From positions 2,976,001 through 3,040,000 of the forward strand of contig CAWKMU010000003.1 of assembly GCA_963850905.1 (NCBI GenBank): a DNA stretch of 64,000 bases, written 5' to 3'. The notes below the pieces were generated by a model. That model had not been told where the DNA came from and did no database searches. It saw only the letters and a list, made by a program, of their open reading frames with translations. Source of the DNA: an uncultured Gemmatimonadales bacterium (GTDB lineage: Bacteria > Gemmatimonadota > Gemmatimonadetes > Gemmatimonadales > Gemmatimonadaceae). A program made the translations under genes and the position numbers. Positions 1 through 9,025 of this stretch are shown in pieces; the first letter of the stretch is position 1, and the number at the start of each line of letters is the position of its first letter.

Positions 1-85
1 CCTCCACTCCCACTGCGAGGGCTAACAGTTGCATCAGGATCAGGAAGTGCGGACGCCCCGGGGCGAAACGCAGCGATGTTGCCAA
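1..85 (-). CDS. Possible 5' end of a secreted protein running off the window edge
   Basis: Minus strand reads (TTG)ATSLRFAPGRPHFLILMQLLALAVGVE..., which resembles a signal peptide. Only about 28 codons are visible. Confidence 0.3.
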   Translation of the reverse strand, partial: MATSLRFAPGRPHFLILMQLLALAVGVE

Positions 86-223
86 AATGATGTGGGCCCA
101 AATCTGTCGTTCGTGGCACCTGCACCCAAGTTTAGTGCATCCTAAGTTCGTAGGCAAGGACGAGCCACCCGCCGGACGGTGAGACGTTACCGGAGCGCCT
201 GACTGCGCTCCCAATTCGCGACA

Positions 224-253
224 CAAAAACGGCCGCCCGAACCGGGCGGCCGT
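224..253 (-). terminator. Rho-independent terminator downstream of the TonB-dependent receptor
   Basis: 11-bp stem ACGGCCGCCCG/CGGGCGGCCGT (229-253) with an adjacent A5 on the + strand (U-tract on the - strand), about 35 nt after the stop. Confidence 0.8.
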
Positions 254-287
254 CCGTGTTGCTCGCCAATTGGAGGCTGTCTCGTCG

Positions 288-2762
288 CTACACTCCGAGC
301 GTCATCTTGAACTGCACCATGAACGGGCGGCCAATCGACTCGCCACTGAAGAAGGCGCCTTTCAAGATGTATTGGTTGTTGAAGAGGTTGGTGAAGAAGA
401 TCTCGGGCTTGATGTAGGTCTTTCCCGCGTAGAAGAGGTACCCCAGACTCAAGTTCTGGATGTAGCTCGGCGCCACCTTGAACGCGCGGTTGAAGCAAAA
501 CAGCGACGTGCAGTAACTCTTGTTGCCGGGCTGGAAGCCGGTTGCGACGGTTCCCGTATCGTAGGGCACATTCGCGTCTGGCGTGAACCCGTTCGTCAGT
601 CCGCTGCCGTAGATGCCGGTCACGCTGATTTGGAACCGGTTGGGGGTGTAGTAGAGGTTCCAGACGGCCGAGAGCCGCTGGTCGTGATCCAGGTCGAAGT
701 ACGTGTTGGGGGTCTGGACCGGGAAGAATCCGCCGGTGATCGGCCCCAGGCCATACGCGTGGTTGAGCGCGAGATTGAGATAGCCGCTCAACGGTCCCGG
801 CGGCGCGACGTTCACGACGCCTTCGAGGCCGGTCACCCAGATATGGCTGATGTTGACGTCTGTCAGGATCGCCGTTCCCGGGATCGTGTTGTCGTCGATC
901 CCAGGGGTGCTCTCCTTGTGGTAGTAAGCGAGTTTGGTCACGATCCCCAGGGGGAAGCGGTGGAGATACGCGGCCTCGTAGAACGCATCGCGCTCCGGCA
1001 GGGTGGGACTCGTCACCACGCCGCCTTGCGATGCTGATGTGATTTCGCGCAAATCCTCGATATTGGTCGGCATGAACAGACGGCCGAAGTAGAGGTAGAA
1101 CGTGTTGGCCGGGCTCGGATAGAAGTTCAGCCGGATGCGCGGACTGACCTGGGTCTGGTTGGACGCAAACGGCTCGACGTGGCTGTCGAAGCGGAGCCCT
1201 GTGCGCAACTCGAACCACTCGATGGGGCGCACGTTCACCTGCGCGTAGCTGCCCCAGTCGTAGCCGTTGAGTCCCGAGTTCGAGGCGATCGGTGCCTGCG
1301 CACCAGTCGGGTCAGTCAGGGCGAAGTCCTCGTGACCAAAGGTATGCTGATAGATCGTGCCGACCTTTCCGTCCATGAGGCCAGTGATGAGTGGGAACGA
1401 GAGGTCGGTCTTGATGCCGAGATCATAGAAGTTGCGGCTCTCGTAGACATCACGCGGCGTGTGCGTCGGGTCGGCTGCGTCGACGAACGACGGGACGTCC
1501 TCGGCACCCGGCCGATAGTCGAGCGAGCCATCGCGAAAGTACGGCCCGACGAACAACTCGGCCGGCTGGCTCTGCTCGTCCGTGCCCACCGCTTCACCGA
1601 ACCTGTGATGGTAGGCCAAGTTCAAAAACGAATTCACATCGGTCTGATGGTCGTTCAGCGTCGCGACCGTAGAGTCGTATGGCACGTCGAAGTGTGTCGT
1701 CGAATAGCTGCCATCCATTGTGAAGAGGTCGCGCGGCCCGAACGTGTACTGAAGCTTCGCGAACCCGTAGTAGTCGCTGCCGGCGTTGTGATAGTTGACC
1801 GGTGCGCAGCATCCGCCGGTGCCGCCCGGGTCGCTGCCGCTGGAAACAACCGGGTCGAGCCGCATGTCCGTGCCATTGGCCTGCCCGGAGAAGAACAGGC
1901 CCAGCCGTCCCGAATTCCCGCTCATCATGAGTGATGTCGCATTCGTGCCGTATGAGCCGCCGGCTAACGAGACCTCGGAGTGGAACGGCCCGGACGGGAT
2001 CCGCGTTTCGATGTTGATAATGGCCGATTGTCGGCCGCCGTACTCGGCGTCCCAGCCACCGGTCTGAAAATCGATCGCCTGCGCGACTTCGGGGCTGAAC
2101 AACTCGTTGAGAGACCCTGAAATGCCCGGTGGGACCGGCACGCCATCGACGTAATAGGTGTACTCGGCATGCTGACCGCGGATGTGGACCTCGCCCGTCG
2201 GTGCGCGAGCGGCGCCGGCGATCGATTGCTGGATGACGGCAGACGTGGTGGCTGAAGGCGGGGCGATCGCTTCATTCTCACTATAGGTCTGGTCGCCAGT
2301 CGTCGTGTTGATGGCGACCGGCGCCTGAGCCGTGACTTCGACCGCCTCCAGCGAAGCTGGCGCCGGGAACAGCTTGAAATTCACGTGCACGGAGCCGTTC
2401 GTCACCGTGATGTCCGCGCCTTTGGACCTGTACCCGATGAAATGCGCAGTGACCGTGTAGGAGCCCGCAGGAATATTGTGCATGGTGTAGCGGCCGAACG
2501 CGTCGGTGGTCGTGTTCGCGACGATCCTGGTGGTCTGTTGCACCGCGATCTCCACCCCCTGGAGGGGGCGGTCGTTGGTGCTGTCGGTAACGCTGCCAGC
2601 GACGTCGCCAGAGGCGGCTCGATGCGCGGTCGGGCGATTGCCGCCGATCGGCTCGGCTTGGGCTGCGGTCGTGAAGACGCCAACCACAGCGAGCGCGAAG
2701 AGGAGTGCGCGGAGCGGCCACGAACGGCAAAACAACGGCAGGATGCGGACAGACATGGACAT
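288..2762 (-). CDS. TonB-dependent outer-membrane receptor with N-terminal carboxypeptidase-regulatory-like domain
   Basis: 824 aa; signal peptide; G.V.DS...PL.G...TTTD..GRY prealbumin-like domain; plug motifs VHIRG...YYVDGVP and GGWDAEYG; beta-barrel-like C-terminus (NLFN..Y...GRPFMVQFKMTLGV). Confidence 0.9.
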   Translation of the reverse strand: MSMSVRILPLFCRSWPLRALLFALAVVGVFTTAAQAEPIGGNRPTAHRAASGDVAGSVTDSTNDRPLQGVEIAVQQTTRIVANTTTDAFGRYTMHNIPAGSYTVTAHFIGYRSKGADITVTNGSVHVNFKLFPAPASLEAVEVTAQAPVAINTTTGDQTYSENEAIAPPSATTSAVIQQSIAGAARAPTGEVHIRGQHAEYTYYVDGVPVPPGISGSLNELFSPEVAQAIDFQTGGWDAEYGGRQSAIINIETRIPSGPFHSEVSLAGGSYGTNATSLMMSGNSGRLGLFFSGQANGTDMRLDPVVSSGSDPGGTGGCCAPVNYHNAGSDYYGFAKLQYTFGPRDLFTMDGSYSTTHFDVPYDSTVATLNDHQTDVNSFLNLAYHHRFGEAVGTDEQSQPAELFVGPYFRDGSLDYRPGAEDVPSFVDAADPTHTPRDVYESRNFYDLGIKTDLSFPLITGLMDGKVGTIYQHTFGHEDFALTDPTGAQAPIASNSGLNGYDWGSYAQVNVRPIEWFELRTGLRFDSHVEPFASNQTQVSPRIRLNFYPSPANTFYLYFGRLFMPTNIEDLREITSASQGGVVTSPTLPERDAFYEAAYLHRFPLGIVTKLAYYHKESTPGIDDNTIPGTAILTDVNISHIWVTGLEGVVNVAPPGPLSGYLNLALNHAYGLGPITGGFFPVQTPNTYFDLDHDQRLSAVWNLYYTPNRFQISVTGIYGSGLTNGFTPDANVPYDTGTVATGFQPGNKSYCTSLFCFNRAFKVAPSYIQNLSLGYLFYAGKTYIKPEIFFTNLFNNQYILKGAFFSGESIGRPFMVQFKMTLGV

Positions 2763-3078
2763 GCGACAGGCCTCTCGTTAGTGAGTTCTCGCAGGGCTCA
2801 GATCCGACAGGAGCCGGGATCTCGCTGCGCAATCGCTCCTTGGCGCACGAGCGCATGCGCGGAGATCTGTGGTTAGATGACGTGGAGAGGCCTTGACCGT
2901 CTACTTGAATCCAATGAATGCCCCGATTACGTGTACCGGCGGGCGTAGAAAGCGTGTGGATGGGTGCGACGCAGCCTGGCCGTAGCCGTGCAACCTCCGT
3001 CAACTGCGTTCCCCACGTCGTCGCGGCCGCGCCTGCCCGCGCGGACCGCCGCAGCGTGAAGCTGGCACAGAAGCGGCC

Positions 3079-3128
3079 GCCGTTCATTGTTCCGGTTTCG
3101 CCGCTCACCGCGCCAAACCCGCCATTCA
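3079..3128 (+). promoter_or_regulatory. Three direct repeats GCCRYTCA with a 21-bp period; putative LytTR binding sites
   Basis: GCCGTTCA (3079), GCCGCTCA (3100), GCCATTCA (3121) with exact 21-bp spacing; a -10-like TACATT at 3163; upstream of the LytS/LytTR genes. Confidence 0.7.
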
Positions 3129-3291
3129 GGAGGAAGCGGTGCGAGCTAGCTGTGGTTGCCCCTACATTTCCTCCGGGTAGCCTCGGCCATCCCTCCGTCC
3201 GCTCAGCTCATCCGTTGGACCGGGTTCGGCCCGAGGCGGGCGATTCGTTCCCGGATGAGGGTGGCTTGCGACTCGATCGATCGAGTGTCGG

Positions 3292-5301
3292 ATGACGCCG
3301 TCCAATGCGACCGCGCTGTTCCACGTGCTCGGGTTTCTCACGGCGAGCGCGCTCTATGTGATGCTCGCGGCGATGACGCTCGGCGCGCGCGCGCGCGGCG
3401 GGGCAGGGCAGATGTTGGGTGGCCGGTCAGATCTCATTCCACTGGCCACAGCGGTTCTCGGACTCGTGTGGAACGTCGGCGAGGTCGTCATGTACGGGCT
3501 GCATGCGACGGAGGGGGCCGCGCCGCCGTGGCTGATCGTACTGGCGTTTGCGGCGCTCTTCTATTTGCCCGCCGTGGTGATACACTCTGCCCTCGCCGGC
3601 GCGTCGCCGCCGCGTGCGGACGCACAGCGACCGCCCGCAACGCGGACCCTCATCATCGCCGCGTATGGGTTGAGTACGACCGCGACGCTGCTGAGCGTGA
3701 TCGCGACGCTGCGTGGCGACCCGGTTCCATCGCGCGCTTCGCTCTTGGTTCTGAGCGTTGGGTTTGTGGCCGTCGTCGGACTACTCATGCTGTACTCGCG
3801 GCGCCAGCCGGCGTGGCGAAAGGCACTCCCGGTCGGTGCCGTTGCCACGTTCGCAGTCATGCTCACGCATCTCACGCAGCACTCGAGCGCGGCCGACCAA
3901 TGGCCCATTGAGCTCATCGGCCATCACGGCTCGCTCCTCGTTGTTCTCGTCATTCTGTATCAAGACTATCGGTTCGCGCTCGCGGACCTCTTTCTCAAAC
4001 GAGCCGTCACACTGCTCGCGGTAACGGCGCTCGCCGCCGGCCTCTACGCTTGGGTCGTCGTGCCCCACGTGCTGCCCCATCTGGCGAACCCAGTCGACGG
4101 TCGGTCGACGGACCCGTTGGCGGCAGCGGCGCTCCTGGCCCTGTGGGTTGGTACGGCACTCGCCTACCCGCGGCTCCGGCGGGTGGTGACGCGATTTGTT
4201 GACCGAGTCGTGCTGCGCCGGCCGGAGACTGGACGGCTGCTCGCAGACCTCGCGACGGAGGCCGCGTCGCTCACGACAGTCGACACCGTACTCGACGCCA
4301 CATGCGATGGACTCGCGCGCGGCCTCTCGGCCACGCGGCGCTCCTGGTCGGTCGACCTGATGACCGATGGATCTGATGGCGCGGGGTCGGTTCCCCAGAC
4401 GCTGGTCTCCGTTCTACCTGGTGGACGGGAGGCGACCGTTCGGGTCGTCACCGCTGATACACCCGCGTACCGCATCACGGTCGGCGGGCTGTCCGCAGGT
4501 CGACGCCTCCTATCCGATGACTACGCCCTGCTCGATGGCGCCGCTCGCCTCGCCGCCCGTCGCGTCGACGCGCTGCGGGTCGCACACGAGCGCTGTGAGC
4601 GGGATATGCGCGAGCAGCAGATCATGCGGCTTGCCACCGAGGCCGAGCTCCGGGCGTTGCGTGCGCAGCTCAACCCGCATTTCCTGTTCAACGCGCTGAC
4701 GACGATCGGATGCCTCGTGCGCGAAGCGCCCGATCGTGCGCTGGAGACGCTGCTGCGGTTGACCGACGTCCTGCGAGCCGTGTTGAAGCGGACTGACGGC
4801 GAATTCACGACGCTCGGCGAGGAGTTGGACATCGTGTCCGCGTACTTATCCATCGAGCGCGCACGCTTCGAGGACCGTTTGCGGGTGACGACCGATGTCG
4901 CTCCCGAGCTGGGCCCGTTGCGGATTCCACCACTCGTGCTACAACCCGTCGTCGAGAACGCCGTCAAGCACGGTATTGGATCGCTGGTGCGCGGTGGCTG
5001 CATCGTCATCAGCGCACGGGTCGAGGCCGTCGTCCCGCGCGACCCGGCCGAGGTGGCCGTGAGCGCGGCGGGCCAGCAGCAGCTCTGCCTCACGGTCACC
5101 GACACTGGGATGGGGACGGCCGCGACGGAATTGGCACGGCGCCGACAAAACGGCACGGGGTTGGCCAATATCGAGCGTCGGCTCGAGCGTTATTTCGGGG
5201 CCGCTGCTTCACTCACGATCCGCAGTGCGGTCGGAGTCGGCACCACCGTGGACATTCGACTCCCTGCCACAGTCCGCGACGCCGTTCGTGTGGCAGTGTG
5301 A
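3292..5301 (+). CDS. LytS/YehU-type membrane sensor histidine kinase
   Basis: Multiple N-terminal TM helices; His_kinase motif ELRALRAQLNPHFLFNAL; QPVVENAVKHG N-box; DTGMG and GTGLANI G-boxes. Confidence 0.92.
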   Translation: MTPSNATALFHVLGFLTASALYVMLAAMTLGARARGGAGQMLGGRSDLIPLATAVLGLVWNVGEVVMYGLHATEGAAPPWLIVLAFAALFYLPAVVIHSALAGASPPRADAQRPPATRTLIIAAYGLSTTATLLSVIATLRGDPVPSRASLLVLSVGFVAVVGLLMLYSRRQPAWRKALPVGAVATFAVMLTHLTQHSSAADQWPIELIGHHGSLLVVLVILYQDYRFALADLFLKRAVTLLAVTALAAGLYAWVVVPHVLPHLANPVDGRSTDPLAAAALLALWVGTALAYPRLRRVVTRFVDRVVLRRPETGRLLADLATEAASLTTVDTVLDATCDGLARGLSATRRSWSVDLMTDGSDGAGSVPQTLVSVLPGGREATVRVVTADTPAYRITVGGLSAGRRLLSDDYALLDGAARLAARRVDALRVAHERCERDMREQQIMRLATEAELRALRAQLNPHFLFNALTTIGCLVREAPDRALETLLRLTDVLRAVLKRTDGEFTTLGEELDIVSAYLSIERARFEDRLRVTTDVAPELGPLRIPPLVLQPVVENAVKHGIGSLVRGGCIVISARVEAVVPRDPAEVAVSAAGQQQLCLTVTDTGMGTAATELARRRQNGTGLANIERRLERYFGAAASLTIRSAVGVGTTVDIRLPATVRDAVRVAV

Positions 5302-5305
5302 CACC

Positions 5306-6166
5306 ATGCCCTCTGTTGCAGGTGACCCGGTCGTCACTGGCGCGCCACTCGTCGCTGCCTGGGGCACCACGCGAAATCGTGACGTGAGTGCGACATTGCG
5401 CGTGATCATCGCCGATGATGAACGTCCCGCGCGGGCGTTCCTGGCGTCCCTCGTACGTTCGAACCCTGATGTCGAGCTTTTGGGGGAAGCATCGACGGGC
5501 ATGGAAGCCGTCGCGCTCATCGAGCGCGTGCGTCCCGACCTCGCTCTACTCGACTTGCAGATGCCCGAAGTCGATGGGTTAGGCGTCGTCCGGCTGCTCA
5601 ACAAGACGGCGGTGCCGCTCGTTGCCTTTGTGACGGCCTATGATGAGTATGCAGTCCGGGCGTTCGAGGTGAACGCCATCGACTACTTGCTCAAGCCGGT
5701 CGACCCGGTCCGACTGCGCCGCACGCTGACCCGTGCCCAGGAGCGGCTGGAGCACGCAGATTATGATCCGCGGGAGACCCAGCGCCTGGCCGCGGCGGCC
5801 GCGTCGCTCGTCGGAGTCCCGGCCGGTGGGTATCTCCTGCGCATCCCGGTTCGGCATAAGGACGACATCATGATCGTCCCGACCGAGCAGATCGCGTCCG
5901 TAGTGGCACACGGGGAGTTGCTGCGGCTGACTACGATCGCCGGGCAGCGGCACATCATTACCTACCGACTCAAGGATCTCGAGGCGCGGCTCGACCCGGC
6001 GCAGTTCGTCCGGCTGTCGCGCGGTGCGTTGGTCAACCTGGGGCTCATCCAGCGGGTGAGTCCGATGCCCGGCGGCACGTACGTCGTGACCCTGACGACC
6101 GGCCAGCAGGTTCCAGTGAGTCGCCTGCGTGCGCGCGCACTCCGGGACACGCTGCTGCGACTCTAA
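5306..6166 (+). CDS. LytTR-family response regulator
   Basis: Receiver domain (ADDE, LLDLQMP, FVTAYDEYAVRAFEVNAIDYLLKP) plus LytTR domain (FVRLSRGALVN, VPVSR). Start is ATG 5306 or GTG 5384. Confidence 0.92.
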   Translation: MPSVAGDPVVTGAPLVAAWGTTRNRDVSATLRVIIADDERPARAFLASLVRSNPDVELLGEASTGMEAVALIERVRPDLALLDLQMPEVDGLGVVRLLNKTAVPLVAFVTAYDEYAVRAFEVNAIDYLLKPVDPVRLRRTLTRAQERLEHADYDPRETQRLAAAAASLVGVPAGGYLLRIPVRHKDDIMIVPTEQIASVVAHGELLRLTTIAGQRHIITYRLKDLEARLDPAQFVRLSRGALVNLGLIQRVSPMPGGTYVVTLTTGQQVPVSRLRARALRDTLLRL

Positions 6167-6183
6167 GTTGGATCGCTCGCCGA

Positions 6184-7824
6184 TTAGCTCACTGGCGCTG
6201 CGAAGCGGCGGAAGAAGCTCGTCGGCTCCCACGTCGGGCGCGCCGCTTCGGCTGCCACCCGGTCTGTCAACAGGTAGAGCAGGTGGCAGAACTTGGCAGC
6301 CGCCTCGCGGTCGACCGGTTGATTGATGTCGTCCGAGGGCTGGTGGTAGCGCGTGTGGACCCAGGTATCGAATGTCTTGTCCTCGGGCGAGCCTTGCACG
6401 TAGCCGAACTTGAACGCGAGCGCCGGGATGCCTCGCTGGACGAAGCTGTACTGATCGCTGCGGATGAACCGATTGGCGCCGGGCTGCTCGTCCTCGATCA
6501 CCTTGACGCCGTCCGCCTCGCCCACGGCTCGGATGTCGTCGCCCAAGGTCGACTCATCGAGGCCCTGTACCTGCAGGTACGCCAGCGGAAAGAGCGGCAG
6601 GTACATGTCCATGTTGATGTCCGCGACGATGTCGTGGGCCGGGACGCTTGGATGGTTTGCGAAGTACCACGAGCCAAGCTCTCCCTCCTCCTCGCCGCCA
6701 ACGGCGAGGAAGATCACGGATCGCTTCGGCTTCGCACCCGCCGCACGGAAGTCGTGTGCGATCTGAATGAGTGACGCAACGCCCGAGGCGTTGTCCATCG
6801 CGCCGTTGTAGATGCTGTCACCGTTGACCGGCGCACCAACTCCCAGATGATCCAGGTGCGCGCTCACGATGACGAACTGTTGCTTGAGCGCGGGGTCAGT
6901 CCCAGAGAGCTCACCCACGACGTTCGGGGATTCGAGATCGGTCGTGCTGACTTTCGTCTTGGCCCGGATCGTCACGCGCAGGGGGAACGTCGGCAGCGAC
7001 TGCTTCCCCTTGGCCGCACTCAATATTTCGGCTATCGTATGGCCTGACCCCGCGAAGAACATGTCCGCGTACTGCGGATTGACGGACATCGCCAGCAGCT
7101 TGCCCTGATCCTGTCTCAAGTTCGGGTCGGCGAGCTCGAGCGACGGTTTATGCCGGTTCCCCGCGATACGGTCCCACGCGATTTCCTGGTTGGCCGTGTT
7201 GAAGATCACGATCGTGCCGACGGCGCCGGCGGCTCTCATTGCTTTCCAGCGTTCGCCGGATGATTCCTTGTGCGCTCGCAAGGGGTCCTTGATCGTCTCA
7301 GGCCCGCCGGCCAGGTACACGGCGATCTTGCCCTGCAGGTCCAGTCCGGACAGGTCGTCGTAATTGGCCTCCGGCGCGGAGATACCGTAGCCCACGAACA
7401 CTGCGCCCGCATCGACCTGGCCGGCGGGGTTGTCGACTGCGGAGACGATCACTTCTCGCCCGAACGTCAGTGGGGTCGTCTTGGTGCCGTCCACCAGCGC
7501 CACGGACGACGCGGCCTCGTCGAGCTCGAGGCGCTTGAACTTCACGGGCTGGTAGAAGCCTGTCGTACCTGCTCCAACCAATCCGGCGTCTTTGAACTTC
7601 TGCGCCACGTAGGCTGCGGCCGTCCGATAGCCTTGGCTACCGGTCATCCGCCCCAGCAGGCTGTCGCTCGCGAGATACGCGATGTCGTTCCACCAACTGG
7701 CGCCCTCGGCAGCGAGATTCTGCGAGGTTTGCGCGCCGGCGAGACTGCTCGCCAGCACCGAAAGCACGGCCGGCAGTAGCCCGCGCCAGATGTGCCGCTC
7801 ATTTCCGTTCGACGTCATGGTCAT
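6184..7824 (-). CDS. Secreted M28-family metallopeptidase with PA domain
   Basis: Signal peptide; SAHLDHLG, GAMDNASG, GGEEEG, NMDM, RSDQY and YHQPSD zinc-ligand motifs. Start set at MTMTSNG (7824). Confidence 0.9.
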   Translation of the reverse strand: MTMTSNGNERHIWRGLLPAVLSVLASSLAGAQTSQNLAAEGASWWNDIAYLASDSLLGRMTGSQGYRTAAAYVAQKFKDAGLVGAGTTGFYQPVKFKRLELDEAASSVALVDGTKTTPLTFGREVIVSAVDNPAGQVDAGAVFVGYGISAPEANYDDLSGLDLQGKIAVYLAGGPETIKDPLRAHKESSGERWKAMRAAGAVGTIVIFNTANQEIAWDRIAGNRHKPSLELADPNLRQDQGKLLAMSVNPQYADMFFAGSGHTIAEILSAAKGKQSLPTFPLRVTIRAKTKVSTTDLESPNVVGELSGTDPALKQQFVIVSAHLDHLGVGAPVNGDSIYNGAMDNASGVASLIQIAHDFRAAGAKPKRSVIFLAVGGEEEGELGSWYFANHPSVPAHDIVADINMDMYLPLFPLAYLQVQGLDESTLGDDIRAVGEADGVKVIEDEQPGANRFIRSDQYSFVQRGIPALAFKFGYVQGSPEDKTFDTWVHTRYHQPSDDINQPVDREAAAKFCHLLYLLTDRVAAEAARPTWEPTSFFRRFAAPVS

Positions 7825-7950
7825 CTCTGTTCGTAGTGACCGAAGCCAATTCGTGTGCCCCCTCAAGCTGCGCCAACCCCCCGTTAGGGACAACCCCGCC
7901 GGCCAGGCCACGAGGCAGGTGCGCAGACGGGGAGCATCCCAATTCCGTGT

Positions 7951-7992
7951 CGTCCAGCGTCTAGCGTCCAGCGCCTAGCGTCTAGCGTCAAG
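7951..7992 (+). repeat. Heptamer tandem repeat (CGTCYAG-like) x6
   Basis: cgtccag cgtctag cgtccag cgcctag cgtctag cgtcaag. Confidence 0.85.
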
Positions 7993-8032
7993 GCCGCACT
8001 TGTTTTTGCGAACGCGCCGCTGGCCTACAACG

Positions 8033-8060
8033 TTGACAATGCACTGCGCGACGATAGAAT
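8033..8060 (+). promoter_or_regulatory. Sigma70-type promoter for the acetamidase-permease operon
   Basis: TTGACA (8033-8038), 16 nt, TAGAAT (8055-8060); GAGGG RBS before GTG 8088. Confidence 0.7.
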
Positions 8061-8087
8061 ACCGCGCCCGTCCCTCGAGGGTATTGC

Positions 8088-9020
8088 GTGGCCGAGCATG
8101 TGATCGACCCGACCAAGATCCACCACCAGTGGGACAACTCGCTCCCGCCGACGCTCAGAATCGCGTCCGGTGACATCGTGCACTTCGACCTTCTGATGGC
8201 CGGCCACGGGCAGGTGGAGAAGGGCTGGAAAGTGGAGCAGGCGAAGTTCGACTTCGACACGATGTACAACCTGCTGGGGCCGATCTACGTCGAGGGAGCC
8301 AAGCGTGGCGACACGCTCGAGGTGGAAATCCTCGCGCTCACCCCCGGCGACTGGGGATGGACCACGGTCGGGCCCAACCTTGGCCTCCTGCCCGAAGACT
8401 TCCCCGATCCCTTCATTCGGTACTTCGATCTCATGCGCGGCAAGACGGCGCAACTCCTCCCGGGCGTCGAGATCCCCATCGAGCCCTTCCTCGGCACGAT
8501 GGGTAACCACCCGGATGTCCCCGAGCGCGCGGCGCCGTTTCCGCCGCACAAGGGTGCAGGGAATATCGACACGCGCCACCTCAAGCAGGGGTCCTCGTTA
8601 CTCGTGCCCGTGTGGCGTGATGGCGCCATGTTTTCCTGCGGCGACCCGCACGCCGCGCAGGGCGATGGCGAAGTCTGCGTCGCCGCGCTCGAGTGCGCGA
8701 TGCACGCGACCCTTCGCTTCCGCTTGCACAAACGGTCTATCGCGACGCCGCGATTCATCGTGCCCGGACCGCTGACGCCACGCGTCGATGCCGAAGGCTT
8801 CTACGGGACAATGGGCATCCATCCCGACCTCATGCAGGGCGCCAAGACCGCCGTGCGGGGCATGATCCAGCTCCTGGTCGAGGAACACGGCCTGTCGCGC
8901 GAAGACGCCTACGTGCTGTGCAGCCTCGCGGGCGACCTCAAGATTCTTGAGATCGTGGACGCTGGGGTCTGGAATGTGGGCTTCACCGTCCCGCGCGCCG
9001 TCTTCACGAGCCGACGGTAA
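8088..9020 (+). CDS. Acetamidase/formamidase family protein
   Basis: GPIYVEGAKRGDTLEVEI, PFLGTMG, GNID, GDPHAAQGDGEV and DAYVLCSLAGDL motifs. Confidence 0.9.
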   Translation: MAEHVIDPTKIHHQWDNSLPPTLRIASGDIVHFDLLMAGHGQVEKGWKVEQAKFDFDTMYNLLGPIYVEGAKRGDTLEVEILALTPGDWGWTTVGPNLGLLPEDFPDPFIRYFDLMRGKTAQLLPGVEIPIEPFLGTMGNHPDVPERAAPFPPHKGAGNIDTRHLKQGSSLLVPVWRDGAMFSCGDPHAAQGDGEVCVAALECAMHATLRFRLHKRSIATPRFIVPGPLTPRVDAEGFYGTMGIHPDLMQGAKTAVRGMIQLLVEEHGLSREDAYVLCSLAGDLKILEIVDAGVWNVGFTVPRAVFTSRR

Positions 9021-9025
9021 CGAGA

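Noticed and set aside
3128..3180. Mini-ORF MRASCGCPYISSG after AGGAGG
   Set aside because: It overlaps the predicted promoter, upstream of the likely TSS, and has no other support.
2900..3290. Cobalamin riboswitch or DUF2946/RAPP leader peptide upstream of the TonB receptor
   Set aside because: I found no B12-box and no RAPP-ending ORF on the minus strand.
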